A DNA stretch of 63,082 nucleotides, the filler included, from Pelomyxa schiedti (lineage: Eukaryota > Protista > Evosea), in NCBI GenBank assembly GCA_020536535.1. It is 7 parts of 7 records of this genome, joined end to end, with 100 filler letters (N's around TTAATTAATTAA, not from the genome) between each part and the next. Parts side by side here need not be neighbours in the genome. Positions count along the whole stretch, not along the records: positions 1 to 31,797 come from JAHLWZ010000184.1; 6 more parts are not named here. One strand, written 5' to 3'. Made by a program: the position numbers and the translations under genes. Positions 1 to 11,957 of this stretch are shown here, piece by piece. Each line of letters opens with the position of its first letter. The stretch's first letter is position 1. The notes below the pieces were generated by a model. That model saw nothing but the letters and a program-made list of their open reading frames with translations, did not search any database and was not told where the DNA came from.

Positions 1-2629
1 ACAACAAGCAAGACCAAGGTGGGATATTAATCGGGCATAAGGAAGAATACACGTCAAACCAGTCTGTGACCAAATGAGCCGTGGCCGGGTCCAGTGCCCT
101 CTTCAGTTGCCTCATTACTTCCCCACTTCATACGTAACCTCCATTGTTCCCGTCCCCATCCCCGTCCCCGTCACCACCCCTGTCGTGGCAGCCACAGCCA
201 TCACCATCATCATTGTAGCCGCCGTCAGTGTTGACGTGGGTGCGGCCTGCTCGCCATTTAGCATCGTCCATGCTCTGCTTGTGCATACACAAAACAAAAC
301 AAAACAAAACAAAAAATTGACGGACGAGGCCCGAGGGAGGTGTAGGTAACACAAAATGACAAAACGAAAGCCAAGGAGCGAGCAGCTATTATAACCAAGA
401 GTTGTCCAGCATTGCAATGTCCCTGCACCCAGCAACAGTGCAAGAGGTTTTTTCCGTAAGTTTGGCTTCTCCAATTCGATTGTGCCCACAGGTTCATGTG
501 TTCTTGGGGTACCTTACCATACCTTGATCGCATGGTCCCTCAATAGACACGAAACACAGCACGCCACAGTATGTTTTTGGTAAACAATAAAAGGAAATGG
601 CCACCACATAGAGTAGAGCTCTATCGCTCAAATCGCAAGAGGAAAAATGGCACCAAGTTACTTTTTTGGTTAGTGGATGTTTGGCAATCAACGGACCAGA
701 CAGGGTTCCTGTTGGGCCTGTGTGCTCTAGGAATAGAACTCAAATGGCCCAATGTGGTTGGCGGGGGAACCTTTAGTTTTTTTTGTGAGGAGTGAAAAAC
801 TTACCATGGTGACAAGGTGATGGTTCCGAAAAAAACTGGTTTTCTTTTTCCTCTTCAGGTGTTGCAAATCCGGCATCACCGGGTTTGAGTGTAAACGACT
901 CTACTCACACTTGCAGTCACAATGGGCCACGTCACGAGCCACAGTTTGGTGGTCCTGTTTGGCCCAGGAAAAAAAGAGAAAAAAAATAGCTGGCTTCGCA
1001 AAAGAGATCTGATGAGAGGGTTCTTATGAAGGTGGGTGGAGGACTTTCTGTGTCTCGGGTTGCACTGCCCAACACAAGCATAAACAATCTGGTGGTGCTC
1101 TCCATTGGGACAGGGTCTATGCTGGGGGGCTGATGGAGTTTGCTAGCGTTCTGTGACTGGAAGTTGTCCCACCTTCCTTTTTCTGGAAGCCGGCAAATCT
1201 GAAGCTCCCTTTGCCAGCAAACGACCAGAAATGGAGTTTTGCCTGATTTTTTCCCCAGGGTGATTTAGGTTTTAGTGCTCTAGCCCCCTAAAATCCCAAC
1301 AAAAGAATTTTTAACCTGGTATCAAATTTCGTGGAAGCCAACTGGGCACAGATCTGATGGTCTGTAAAGGTGCATATCCAATGGGGAGCACACTTCTAGA
1401 CCCCACCTTCGAAAAATTCAAAGTTTTTGAATGGAAATAAAGTTTTGTTGTTTAGGGTTAGGTTAGAAGACGGTTGAAAAACGTGAAGTCAAAGTGCTAC
1501 GGATGCGGACCCTGTTGGCTGTTGGCTCCAACAGGGTACATATGCCAAAACAGATGCAGACCCTGTTGGCTGTTGGCTGCACACCATCACAAAGCCTTCA
1601 GGACAGAACCATCTTTTGCATGCAAGAGTGTAGAAAGTACAACCGGACCAAATCAACAAAAACAAAAAAAAGGTTTAGATTAGGTTTGGATAGTGACCAC
1701 CACACTGTGCTGGGGTGTTGATGGTTGTTGTTTTACTTGTGTAGTAAGGGAGAAAGAAGCCTTAGAACTACAGCAACACAAAGTCACCTCACCACACTGT
1801 GCCTGATTTTTTTGGGGTGGGAAGCATTGGCATGCTGCAAAGAGATAGTTATCTCTATTCTTCTTTCTGGGAAGGAACTGCTTGATGATGAGCATTTGGG
1901 ATCGGTGGTCAGGTTATCACCCCTTGAGTTGTAAAATAGTGAACTACTATGAACAAAACAAATTATTTTTTTCCTCTCCTTGGTTACAAAGATCAAGTGT
2001 GTTTAAACGCGTGGCACACAGGGCAATGCTGTCAACGCCGTTTAGCTTTCCACAACTTGGCATTAGATTTAGAATCGCTATTCTAAGCGTCGCTCGATCC
2101 AAAGTAGTAGCCGTCAATAACATCCCCCCTCTGAAGATTCGCGTCTGTCCTCAGACGTGCATACTTGGTTACCCAGTGCACACTCAACTGATCGAACATC
2201 TCCCCCCACATCGTGTTGCACGCAGTGTACCACCCCCTGCACACCAACAAGCAGGGGGCCAGTGCCACAGCCCTGGACACCCCCCCCCCACACCTGCCTG
2301 CCATGGCTGCCGACCACCACAAGGCCCCACAGCATGGTGTCCCTGATGTGGTCAGGCAGCGGCCACCCCACCAGCTCCTTGGTGGTTATTGTTACTGCTG
2401 CTGTGGCTGTGGTTGTGGTGGTTGTTTACCGCCGAACGTCGTGGATTTCGCTGTGCTCTCGGCGCGATCCTTCAACTTGGATTCTAACGCGCGTTATTAG
2501 CTTCGCGGCCATCATGTTGTCACCTAAAGTTCTATTTCTATCCACTAACAAGGTTTTTTATTTTCACTGGTGTGGATGAAAACGCCAGCCACAATGGGCT
2601 GTGTGTGTGGGTTTTTAGTATCTGGATTC

Positions 2630-5600
2630 CTAGTCAAGGTTTGTGGGAGCCGCCACCACAACCTCATACACATCGACCTTTGCTTCTCTGCCACGGATTG
2701 AAACTTGGCCCATTGGGTGCGTTGGTATTCTGGCACCAACCATGTTGAACACACCCTCTGATATCAGAATCCTTGTGTTCAGCTCCCGGTTCAGCTGCTC
2801 AAGCCTCGCTGTGTTTTGTGAATTAGTGATTGGTTTTGTTGTGGTATACGGGTGGTTGTTGTTTGGTTATTTTATTACTTGGAATGTATTTAACGGCGCC
2901 GATGTGTAGATGGAGGAGTGAAAAGAGAGAACATTAAGAGCACACACCGGCAACGTTTACAGTGTCACCAAGAACAGTGTAATCAAACCTCTCTGGTGAC
3001 CCAAAGTTCCCAACAAGAACCCGCCCAGTGTTGATTCCGGCCCGGAACTGAACTTCCGGGAGTCCCTGTGTGATATTCAGGTTTGTGATGGAGCTAATGG
3101 GAAGGGAACCTTTGATGCATTCTCTTTGTTGAGCTTGTCCAATTCCTCATAACACCTCAGAACTGCCTTGACTGCCTTGAATGTGTGGTCTTCACAAGCC
3201 AACGGGTGGTTCCAGAATGACATGATGCAATCCTGTTACCCGAGTGCCGGTGAGTGTGTAAAAACTGGGAATAGAACAGGAGTACCCCAATGAATTTGTC
3301 AAGTGTTGCACCTTCGGAAATAAGAACCTGGCACATTCGTTGCATGAACAAGCTCAGGAGTGTAACGAGTGTGTTCGGTGCAAGTTTCTGTTAGTTTAGT
3401 CATCACATAAAAGAGAAAGTGGAAGAAGAATAACGGAACACACCTCACAGAGACTGGTGAAACCAACAACATCCATGAAAACAACCTTGGAGAAATAAGG
3501 GGGAAATTGTTGAATCCTGGAGGGGAAAAACGAACCGTGACAGTGTGCCTCTCGAGGTAAAGTGATGACATCTTGTGCTCCCCATCGAGGAGCTGCCGAA
3601 CGACTCCAGCCGAGACGTATCTATGACAAGGGTGTTAGTGAGTTTGGTTGCGTCATTTCTCTGCTACCTGCTGAAAGCATGGATTCCTTGTTTCATGGCC
3701 ATGTAATCGCGGAGCATGGAGTGCAATTCCGTGAAAACACTGACGGTTCTCCCAACTGGTTTGAACCTCAGTTGTGACAGGTTCCGCATGTCTGAAGAGA
3801 AATTAAGGGGAATGCTACGGCACCATACACACCTTTTGTGAGGTGTCTCAGAGGAATGACGAGAAGTATTGCCAAAATCGTGGCCAGAGCGACGCTCCCT
3901 ACAAGACTGCAAACGAACACAATGATGCTGACTCTCTTTCCTTCCTCGATAGTTGCCATCATTTCTGAGGATGGAATTGCTGCAACTCCGCACCACATCC
4001 GTTGTCCTGCTGCGATATCTGACAAAGAATTAAGACGGAGAAAAGCGAGTTCAACGTTGCATACGAGCAATTGCGACAGTGTAGGTGCTCCCATTCACCT
4101 TCACATTAAATTGCGTCTTATCGGTAACATTGGCACATCCTCCCAGGAGATCAACTTCACGTGCAATGGCCGCCACAACAGCATTGTCACTGTTATTGGC
4201 GAGAACAGTATATGAGCGCTGCGCTGTTGAATTTGGGTAAGGAATCATTGGAGGTTTGATGGGACAAACCGGTTGCGTTGTATGTGATAACACTTCCGTT
4301 GGAGGAACCAAGAAGAGTACCGTCCTGTGTTGTGACATAAATCACGTAGTCTCCTGCTGCTATCTATTCGTTCAGAGTGGGCAATTTGTACAATAAACGT
4401 GCAAATTCACGTACATCACGAAGATCATTCGATAGAGATGTGACTGGTTTTGCACCTTGAATGATTCCCAGAAGTTCCCCACTCGAGCTCATATCTGAAA
4501 TACATTTTGCCAATAAGGCTCTCAAAGCAAAAGGGAAAAAAGGGATCTCTTGGGGATGACAATACATACAAGGATGATAAGACGACATAACAACAAGGGT
4601 CATCAAAACGGATACAGCCTGCATAAGATGAGCCAAATAAATGAATCAGCGGGGGATAGAGAACCTTTCCCCAGTTTGGAACTCCACGCAACATGTCATC
4701 ATACACACCGTCGAGCATAACCTTGGAGTATGGCCTATATGAAACGGTAGCTATTGGGGCAGTGGACTTCACTTCCTCATTTGTTTTTGCATCAACATCA
4801 TAAAAGTTTAAACCATCAGTCGCATTGGTCTTTCGAGCACAGTTTGCCTTTTTGGAAATAGAAATTAGGACCAACAGATAATATGGGGAAAGGCCATACA
4901 GTAGATTCCCCCAAATTGCCGGTGCATATAATCGTGAGGTTTGGTGACCGCAGGTAGATTGATTTAATCCTGTCAAAGATATTGATACAGAATATTGGGA
5001 GTGACCAATAGCGCACGGTGAATTGATTGCAAAGTGAACATATCTTGGCCTCAATACACTGGCCCACTGGGCCCACGAATTCATGTCAATTTGCCTGTAT
5101 CGCACCCACTCGACCTGGGTAAAAAAAAAGGTGGAAACGGTTTTAAAAAAAAAGGCATTGCTTATCAACAATAATATTTTTTATTAATATATCCATATAT
5201 TAATTAATTATAATAATACCTCAGAAGCGAGGGTGGTGTCGACATCATTCACAAATCCAGCGACGATGTCGTGAACATTTTTCTCTAGGGAGCCCACGAG
5301 TTTGTTCGAGACGGCGTTTATGCTGTAATCGGCGCGATTGTGGGATGTCACCCACACAGTGGTGCACGGTGCCACGACAAGGGCAACCTGTTCCACAACA
5401 ACAGCAGCAAAAAAAAAGAAAATCAAATGGTTAGTGGAAAGCCGGGGGATCGGTCGTTTCATTTCTCACACACACCGAGCAGACGATGAGAACAACACTG
5501 AATGGGATTGATATCTGGGAACAACAGTCCTTCCTGTGGCGTGACCCTTTGCTTCCGCTCCTGAGCCCGCTGATCCTCCTGGCCTCCCTCATGCTGGCCT

Positions 5601-5832
5601 CGTCTTCGCACACCTCGTGTTCGTACTCCCTCGCGAACACACTCGCAGGTATATCTACAGTCACAAGGTTGCTGGCGTACGAGGTGGTGCTCATTGGTGT
5701 TGTGCACGAGTCGGGCCGCGGGATATTTTCTACATCAGTGTCCCGTGCCTGGCATGACTCACTGTTTTCCGGTGGGTCCCTGCCCTTGTGGAGTGTTGTT
5801 TGTTCTGGTTCAACCTTGTTGGCCCTTGGCAT
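2630..5832 (-). CDS. Membrane-anchored class III adenylate cyclase (TM, extracellular sensor region, TM, HAMP-like linker, cyclase domain); multi-exon
   Basis: Manual splicing gives VFMDVVGFTSLCE ... LDKFIGDCIMSFWN ... [51 protein letters not shown] ... GQVSIRGREAKVDVYEV*. The Lys in DKFIGD and Thr in DYTVLGD fit ATP specificity. TM segments: ISIPFSVVLIVCSVC and IIVFVCSLVGSVALATILAILLVIPL. Confidence 0.9.
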
Positions 5833-5920
5833 AGGTTGTGGAGTGCCTGTGTTCTGTTGGTGCTGGTGTTGTTTTACAGTAGTGTTTCTGTGTATGCAAC
5901 TTTCGTTTTGGAGTTTTCGC

Positions 5921-6913
5921 CAAAAAAGCACGTATGAACTTAAAAAAGTTTTCGCCACAATTAGGCCTAATGCATCTTTTTCTTTTGTGCGAAGCCGGTG
6001 GGAACAAACGGTAGTTCACGATGAATTGATGATCACCAGATCAGAAGATTTGCAAAGAACAGTTACATTGGGCCAGGGAAGTGCTGCCATACGTTGAAGG
6101 GCTTTTTTGTTTGTTTGTTTTGTCCCATTTTTACTTAACTTTTGCTGCTCAGAGGATCTCGCTTGTCTGTCATGGAGGGTTGTCTAAGATCTTGGATCAC
6201 ATATGTCGGGTTAGTATCGATGTTAATGTAATACAGAGCAGTGTGAAATGGTGGCAATGAGCACGTTGAACTGGAACTCGCAAGAATGGATACCTACTGT
6301 ACCTACGACTCATACGAGGGAGCGTTTGATTTGACAGTTGTAACTACGTTTCTGACGTAATGCGTGCAGGCAGATGCTGGAGAGAGCCCAGAGAAAGCAA
6401 AAGTTAAGTAAAAATGGGACAAAACAAACAAACAAAAAAGCACGTATGAACTTAAAAAAGTTTTCGCCACAATTAGGCCTAATGCATCTTTTTCTTTTGT
6501 GCGAAGCCGGTGGGAACAAACGGTAGTTCACGATGAATTGATGATCACCAGATCAGAAGATTTGCAAAGAACAGTTACATTGGGCCAGGGAAGTGCTGCC
6601 ATACGTTGAAGGGCTTTTTTGTTTGTTTGTTTTGTCCCATTTTTACTTAACTTTTGCTGCTCAGAGGATCTCGCTTGTCTGTCATGGAGGGTTGTCTAAG
6701 ATCTTGGATCACATATGTCGGGTTAGTATCGATGTTAATGTAATACAGAGCAGTGTGAAATGGTGGCAATGAGCACGTTGAACTGGAACTCGCAAGAATG
6801 GATACCTACTGTACCTACGACTCATACGAGGGAGCGTTTGATTTGACAGTTGTAACTACGTTTCTGACGTAATGCGTGCAGGCAGATGCTGGAGAGAGCC
6901 CAGAGAAAGCAAA
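5921..6913. repeat. Tandem duplication of about 480 bp (period 512) with a short inverted spacer
   Basis: 5921-6401 matches 6433-6913; the spacer at about 6396-6441 is the reverse complement of about 6101-6146. Confidence 0.9.
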
Positions 6914-8279
6914 GAGTGCATCTCAGGAGTTTTCGCTTGTGGTTCAGGTATTCAAACCCACAAAGTCACTTTCCTATGGAGGTCGTCATTGGTATTTGAG
7001 TGCTCACACAGTTTGTTTGTATTTCCACATAAAAAGTCCACTCAAAACGGCAGGTGGGATCTGGATTCAATCCTGGAATGCAGAAAGGAACTGAAGATAA
7101 GTACGGAAACAGGCAGTTTCAAGGTTCGTTCCATTCTCCGGCTAGTAACAACATACTAAGATCACTTGCGTATTGCCCTGGCCCCACATTGTACAAACAC
7201 AGCATTAGTCTCAACTATCTTGATGGAACCACCGGTAGTATATTATTTGCTATTATTCCTAACAGGGAAAAGACTCCACTTGAAGAGAATACGGTGAGTA
7301 GAAATCTGAGTGCTTACGGTGCAGCAACTCCATGTTATTAGATATGCCGTAATTTTTTCTCCTCTAATATCTTAAAGTCCGAGGAAGCTCTTTTTCATGT
7401 AATGAGGGAACGAATGTAACGTCAAAGGGTATTCACTTGGCTGGTTGATAACTTTTTTGATTTCTGAGTTAGTGAAGGACATGATATGTGAAAATGTTTC
7501 TACATCCAACTGCGGCGACTGGCACTTCCGACTGGCAAATATGTACTGGGATACAGGTAAAAATCTAGTCTGAGTTTACAAACGTAACAAATGAAAAGAT
7601 CGGACAAACCCTTCTTCTTATGTGACAGCAAGGTTGTTTACTTTAACGCATCCCTACACAGCATCTAAAATGACTAGGTATCCCCCTCCCACCGCTGTTC
7701 ATAGTAGGCTTTGGGGATATTTGTTGTACCCCGCATTGAGTGCCGCATACACATTCGCGCCATCCGTACGAGCATTGTGGGAAGTCGCGCCTCCTCCAGA
7801 AGGTACTTATGCTCATACTTACTGTGCAACACCCTGTTGACTACAATGAACAGAACCAGAGGGCGAGTTTGATGTCACCATTTCGCTTATTCTGGAACAC
7901 CAAGTGCGATGCGCATCGCGAGTCAGTTGGACAAAGTGGAAGAGCGCTACGAGCGTTGCACACAGCTGCCGCGCATTCGTCGTATCGGTCGGCCCAAAGA
8001 CAGTGATCATTCACCAGCTGGTGCGTGCACACTTGATTTCGTATTTTTCGTGGATTCTCACTGGATCTCCAAAGGAAACTGAAGCCAGGGTTGTGGAACG
8101 ACACGCAATAGATTTCGTTGGAGACTTGTTGACATCCTCGTAGTGAGATACTCCGAGGGAGTGCATCTGGTCTCAAAGTAATTGAACTGACAATTGGACC
8201 CAAAAAAAGAACAACCACACAAGAAAAAGAAAAAAAACACCGGTCGGTGCCATACAAACAGCATCGCGACTCATTACCA

Positions 8280-9105
8280 ATGGCAACCAACAAGCCCGTC
8301 GAAGTACCACGCAACTTCAAGTTACTTGAGGGTACGTCGCCCGCCTTCACTTTTAATTCATTTGTAGTCGCGACTACCTTGTTTCCGATTGTGGGACGGA
8401 GTTTTTTTTTTTCCCCAAGTTGTAGTAGTTTTTCTTTTGGTTTGTTGTTGGACCTGTGTCTGTGCTTTTGTTGCACAAACCTACAACCAAAACAAAACTA
8501 ATCAACACATATAATAATAGAGTATGAGATTGGTATTGGAGTGAAGCCAGGGTTGCCAGGGGATGGTTCAGTGAGCTATGGTTTGGAACGTGAGGATGAT
8601 ATGACCCTATCTAACTGGAACTGCACAATTTTCGGCCCTCAGGGGGTATGTGTATTATATAATATTCTTTTCTATTTTATTTTACACGGATTTATTACCT
8701 GCAGTAAAAGCCCCCAAACACATTGCCAATCTAAACTCCCACAGACCACATTCGAGGGCAGAATTCTGTCACTTAAACTCATTTGCGGCAAAGGTTATAG
8801 CCATATTAGTGTACAAAAAATACCCAGTCCAACTTTCATTCAGATTACCCACGAGTACCACCAACAGTGAAATTCGTCTCCAAGGTTAACATGAACATTG
8901 TCGATTCCCGCAACGGCACCGTAAATTCCCTTTCTCGTACTCTTGCCTTCGCGGTAACCCAATTAAGATTCTTCCGGCTTGCAGAGGGTACCAGGAATGG
9001 GCCAATAAATGCACTATTGCTCAACTCCTTATGTCAATACATGCCGAGATGAGTGCTCCAGCCAACAGGCGCCTTCCACAGCCTCCAGAGGGTGCCAATT
9101 TCTAA
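8280..9105 (+). CDS. UEV1: Ubiquitin-conjugating enzyme E2 variant (UEV1/MMS2 family); multi-exon
   Basis: Spliced: MATNKPVEVPRNFKLLE/EYEIGIG...GDGSVSYGLEREDDMTLSNWNCTIFGPQG/TTFEGRILSLKLICGK/DYPRVPPTVKFVSKVNMNIVDSRNGT/...NRRLPQPPEGANF*, which has the characteristic MMS2 N- and C-termini. Confidence 0.93.
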
Positions 9106-9287
9106 ACCAAACTACCATATCACCTCCTTTGCACTGCATTTCATTCAAAATATAGTGGATAAATACCTCGCACTTTTGCTCCACTAATCCTCAATTCACT
9201 AACCTTATATCATAGACACTACATGGTAATAACAATAAATTTGTCCTGATAGTTGAAAATAGGCCTTTTTTTTTGTTCCACGCACTT

Positions 9288-11585
9288 CTAGGATTCATAC
9301 AGGAATTTGTGTAGGTCATTCTGTTTTGTGAGTTGTTGCAGAACATAAGCAACAGCTTGTGTCTCGTGAAGAAGTACATCCTGATTTACGTTGGTTATAG
9401 TGTCACATGCTCTAGTTCATGGTTAAATGTTAGAAAGAAGAATTGCCGCAAAGAGATTACATACTGATGCAAACAGGGATCAAAAGCAACATCAGCTAGG
9501 CCACCAAAGGTTGCCCTTTCAGCGGATGTTTTAATTTGGTCTGTAGGAATGTTGGAGGCATAATGAAAAAAGGAAGCTTACTGTAGCCACCAGTTATCCC
9601 ATTGGCCGGAATGTTAGCTTTCAAGAATGGATCATAGTCCGAGTTTCCGGCAAAAGGGAAATACTCATAAGGAAGCTTGGATGAGTTCATGAAGGTCTCA
9701 AACAGTTTCTGGTTTTGTTGAGTAAATAAATAAGTATTAATCCACATACCTGCAACTTTGTGCATGGAGCTTGAAGTTCCACGGTTGGGGCACTAGAGCC
9801 GTTATGGAATGCATAAATGTAATTGGCTGACCCAAGCATGTCCAGGTTGATGTCTGTCAAATGTTAGTTTCTGAACCAGAAAGAAAAAAGCATACTTGCT
9901 CCAATGGTGTAGTGGTATTCACTTTGGTGCTACTTGTTGGTTAACAGAAATTGTTGGGTTGATTTATATGCAAACTTGGACGTAGTAGCTAGATCCAAGT
10001 AGTCCAAGCTCCTCAGCACCCCATAGAGCAAAAACGATCTTATTTTTTATATCTTTCTTTATCCTGTCAAACAAATGTCACACTATGTTGTGCAAAACAC
10101 TATGTTATTGCTTACTCTCCAATCTTTGCCGCTAACTCCAGCACAGCTGCTGAACCACTGTACAGAATTGACTTAGACTAAGGTAACTTAACCTGAGGGT
10201 ACCTTCCATTGTCATTGATTCCTGGCCCCACGTCATCACTGTCTAAGTGACCTCCAACAACAATAACTGTCTGGTTGTTCCCCTGTGTTCACTGAATAAT
10301 TGACTTATTACTTATTTAGATAGTACCATTTTCGTTTCAGCAAGGACATTCTGTGAAGTGGTATTGATATGAGTCCCCACAACCTAAAAAAAGCTGAGAG
10401 GGGCAAAAAAAGAAACCGTTGAGGTACCTCAAAATTCAAAGTAGGGGGCTGTAATGACTGAGAAAGAAGATACCCCTGTATAAAGGATAATCCAAAGGCG
10501 GGTATAGTACTTGTAACCCAACCAGAGACGGGTGCTGTGGTTCCCTCCGCATTATAAATAATTACAGCGATTGCCCCAGCTCTGGAGGAATTGTCAGAAG
10601 ACAGTTGGAGAAAGAATTGTACCGTGCAGCGGAACTTGCCTTGATCGTACGAGAGCAGACTCCGGTACTTACGAGTGCAATGCTGCCAGCTGAGACGGCT
10701 ATTTTAGGGTTAAAGGAACCACAGAGGGAAATGAGAGATTCAAAGGAGAACCAGTGTAGTCACTGTCATCACATCCGTTGTTGGCCACATTTGCAATCGT
10801 TCCTGTGCCAGCACCATCCGGGGACTCGGATAGAACGCTGAAATCGACAAGGTATTCGTAGGAGTATGTGCTTGGGGAAGTTTGTGCTAACAGAGGCGTC
10901 CCTACAACGGAGAACCAGCTTACATAGAAAGTTTGTGTGAAAACCAGAAGGTCGTCATTTTTTGAGAGCTCGGAGATAGCGAAATTGACAGAAGCATCAT
11001 ATCTATGCAAATGTAAGTGGGGGAAAAAAAGAAGAGTGAGAGCTTTACCCAGGGGTACCAGTGAATCTTATATTATTGTTATCATCAGCAATACTCTGCA
11101 ATGATTTGAGTGTTTCCATAAGAGGTTCAATTTCCACATCATCCGAAAGTTGTGTTTGATCGGATGTATTTGCGAGTGCAATAATAATGACTGCTCATTC
11201 CAAAGAACAACCAAAATGATAAAAGAATGTGAGGTGGAACCGATTGAAAGAACCCCTCCCTTTTGAAGCAATACACACTCATCAGTGCCACAATGAAAAT
11301 AGTTACAGCCAAAACAGCAACCAATGTAGCCAAGTACTTTCTCTTCTTTGGGGAGTATCTGAGTCCCCCCAAAACACCCCAAGAGGATGACCCCTTTCCA
11401 CCCCCACCACTACTAGCACTCCCATCAGTGTAATTATAACTCCCAGCCCTTGGGTCCAACTCCACTACCTATATGGTGTATTTCTGTTACTACAAAACAA
11501 ATTGAATGAAAGATTTCAATGTTGCATTACAACGCACTTCGTCTGTCGCTTCGCCCTCCTTGTGATGGTGATCCCCGGTCAACAT
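9288..11585 (-). CDS. Type II membrane PA-domain M28 zinc aminopeptidase; multi-exon
   Basis: N-terminal TM (YLATLVAVLAVTIFIVALMSVY), PA-domain segment (SSRAGAIAVIIYN), M28 motifs HLDSDDVGPGINDNG, GAEELGLLGS, NSDYDPFLKANIP and DPCLHQ.CDT. Start codon approximate. Confidence 0.85.
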
Positions 11586-11957
11586 GTTTGATCTCCCGAT
11601 CAGATTGATCAAACGGTTTTTCCGAATCTCACTGAAATGGTAGTACGGATTACCAATCGACCAGTGGGCACCACACCCACACCCCCAGTCTCACGTTTCC
11701 GTTTGTAAATACTTAAGAGATACTTTTTCTCTTGTAACCATCTTTTCAAAGCTGCTTTGGCACCCTGGGGATTAAAAACCGGTTTTGGTGAGAGAGGGCT
11801 CTAGTTTTTCCCGTTCTGAAAACATCATTTTTCGAGCGATCACCCAACCGACGCAGGCGATTGACGTTGACACACCCAGGGTGCAATAAATTTTACATTA
11901 CCACTGCTATCCATCCCGTCATTGGCGGTGGTTGGGCGTGGGCTCTGTTGTATTTTA

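Noticed and set aside
1-2520. Short ORFs and a repeat of about 50 bp at 1501-1585
   Set aside because: Possibly exons of hypothetical genes, but no supportable product; the repeat has only two copies.
6530-8150. Possible spliced gene(s), with a faint F-box-like start
   Set aside because: I could not build a stop-free model or recognise a domain.
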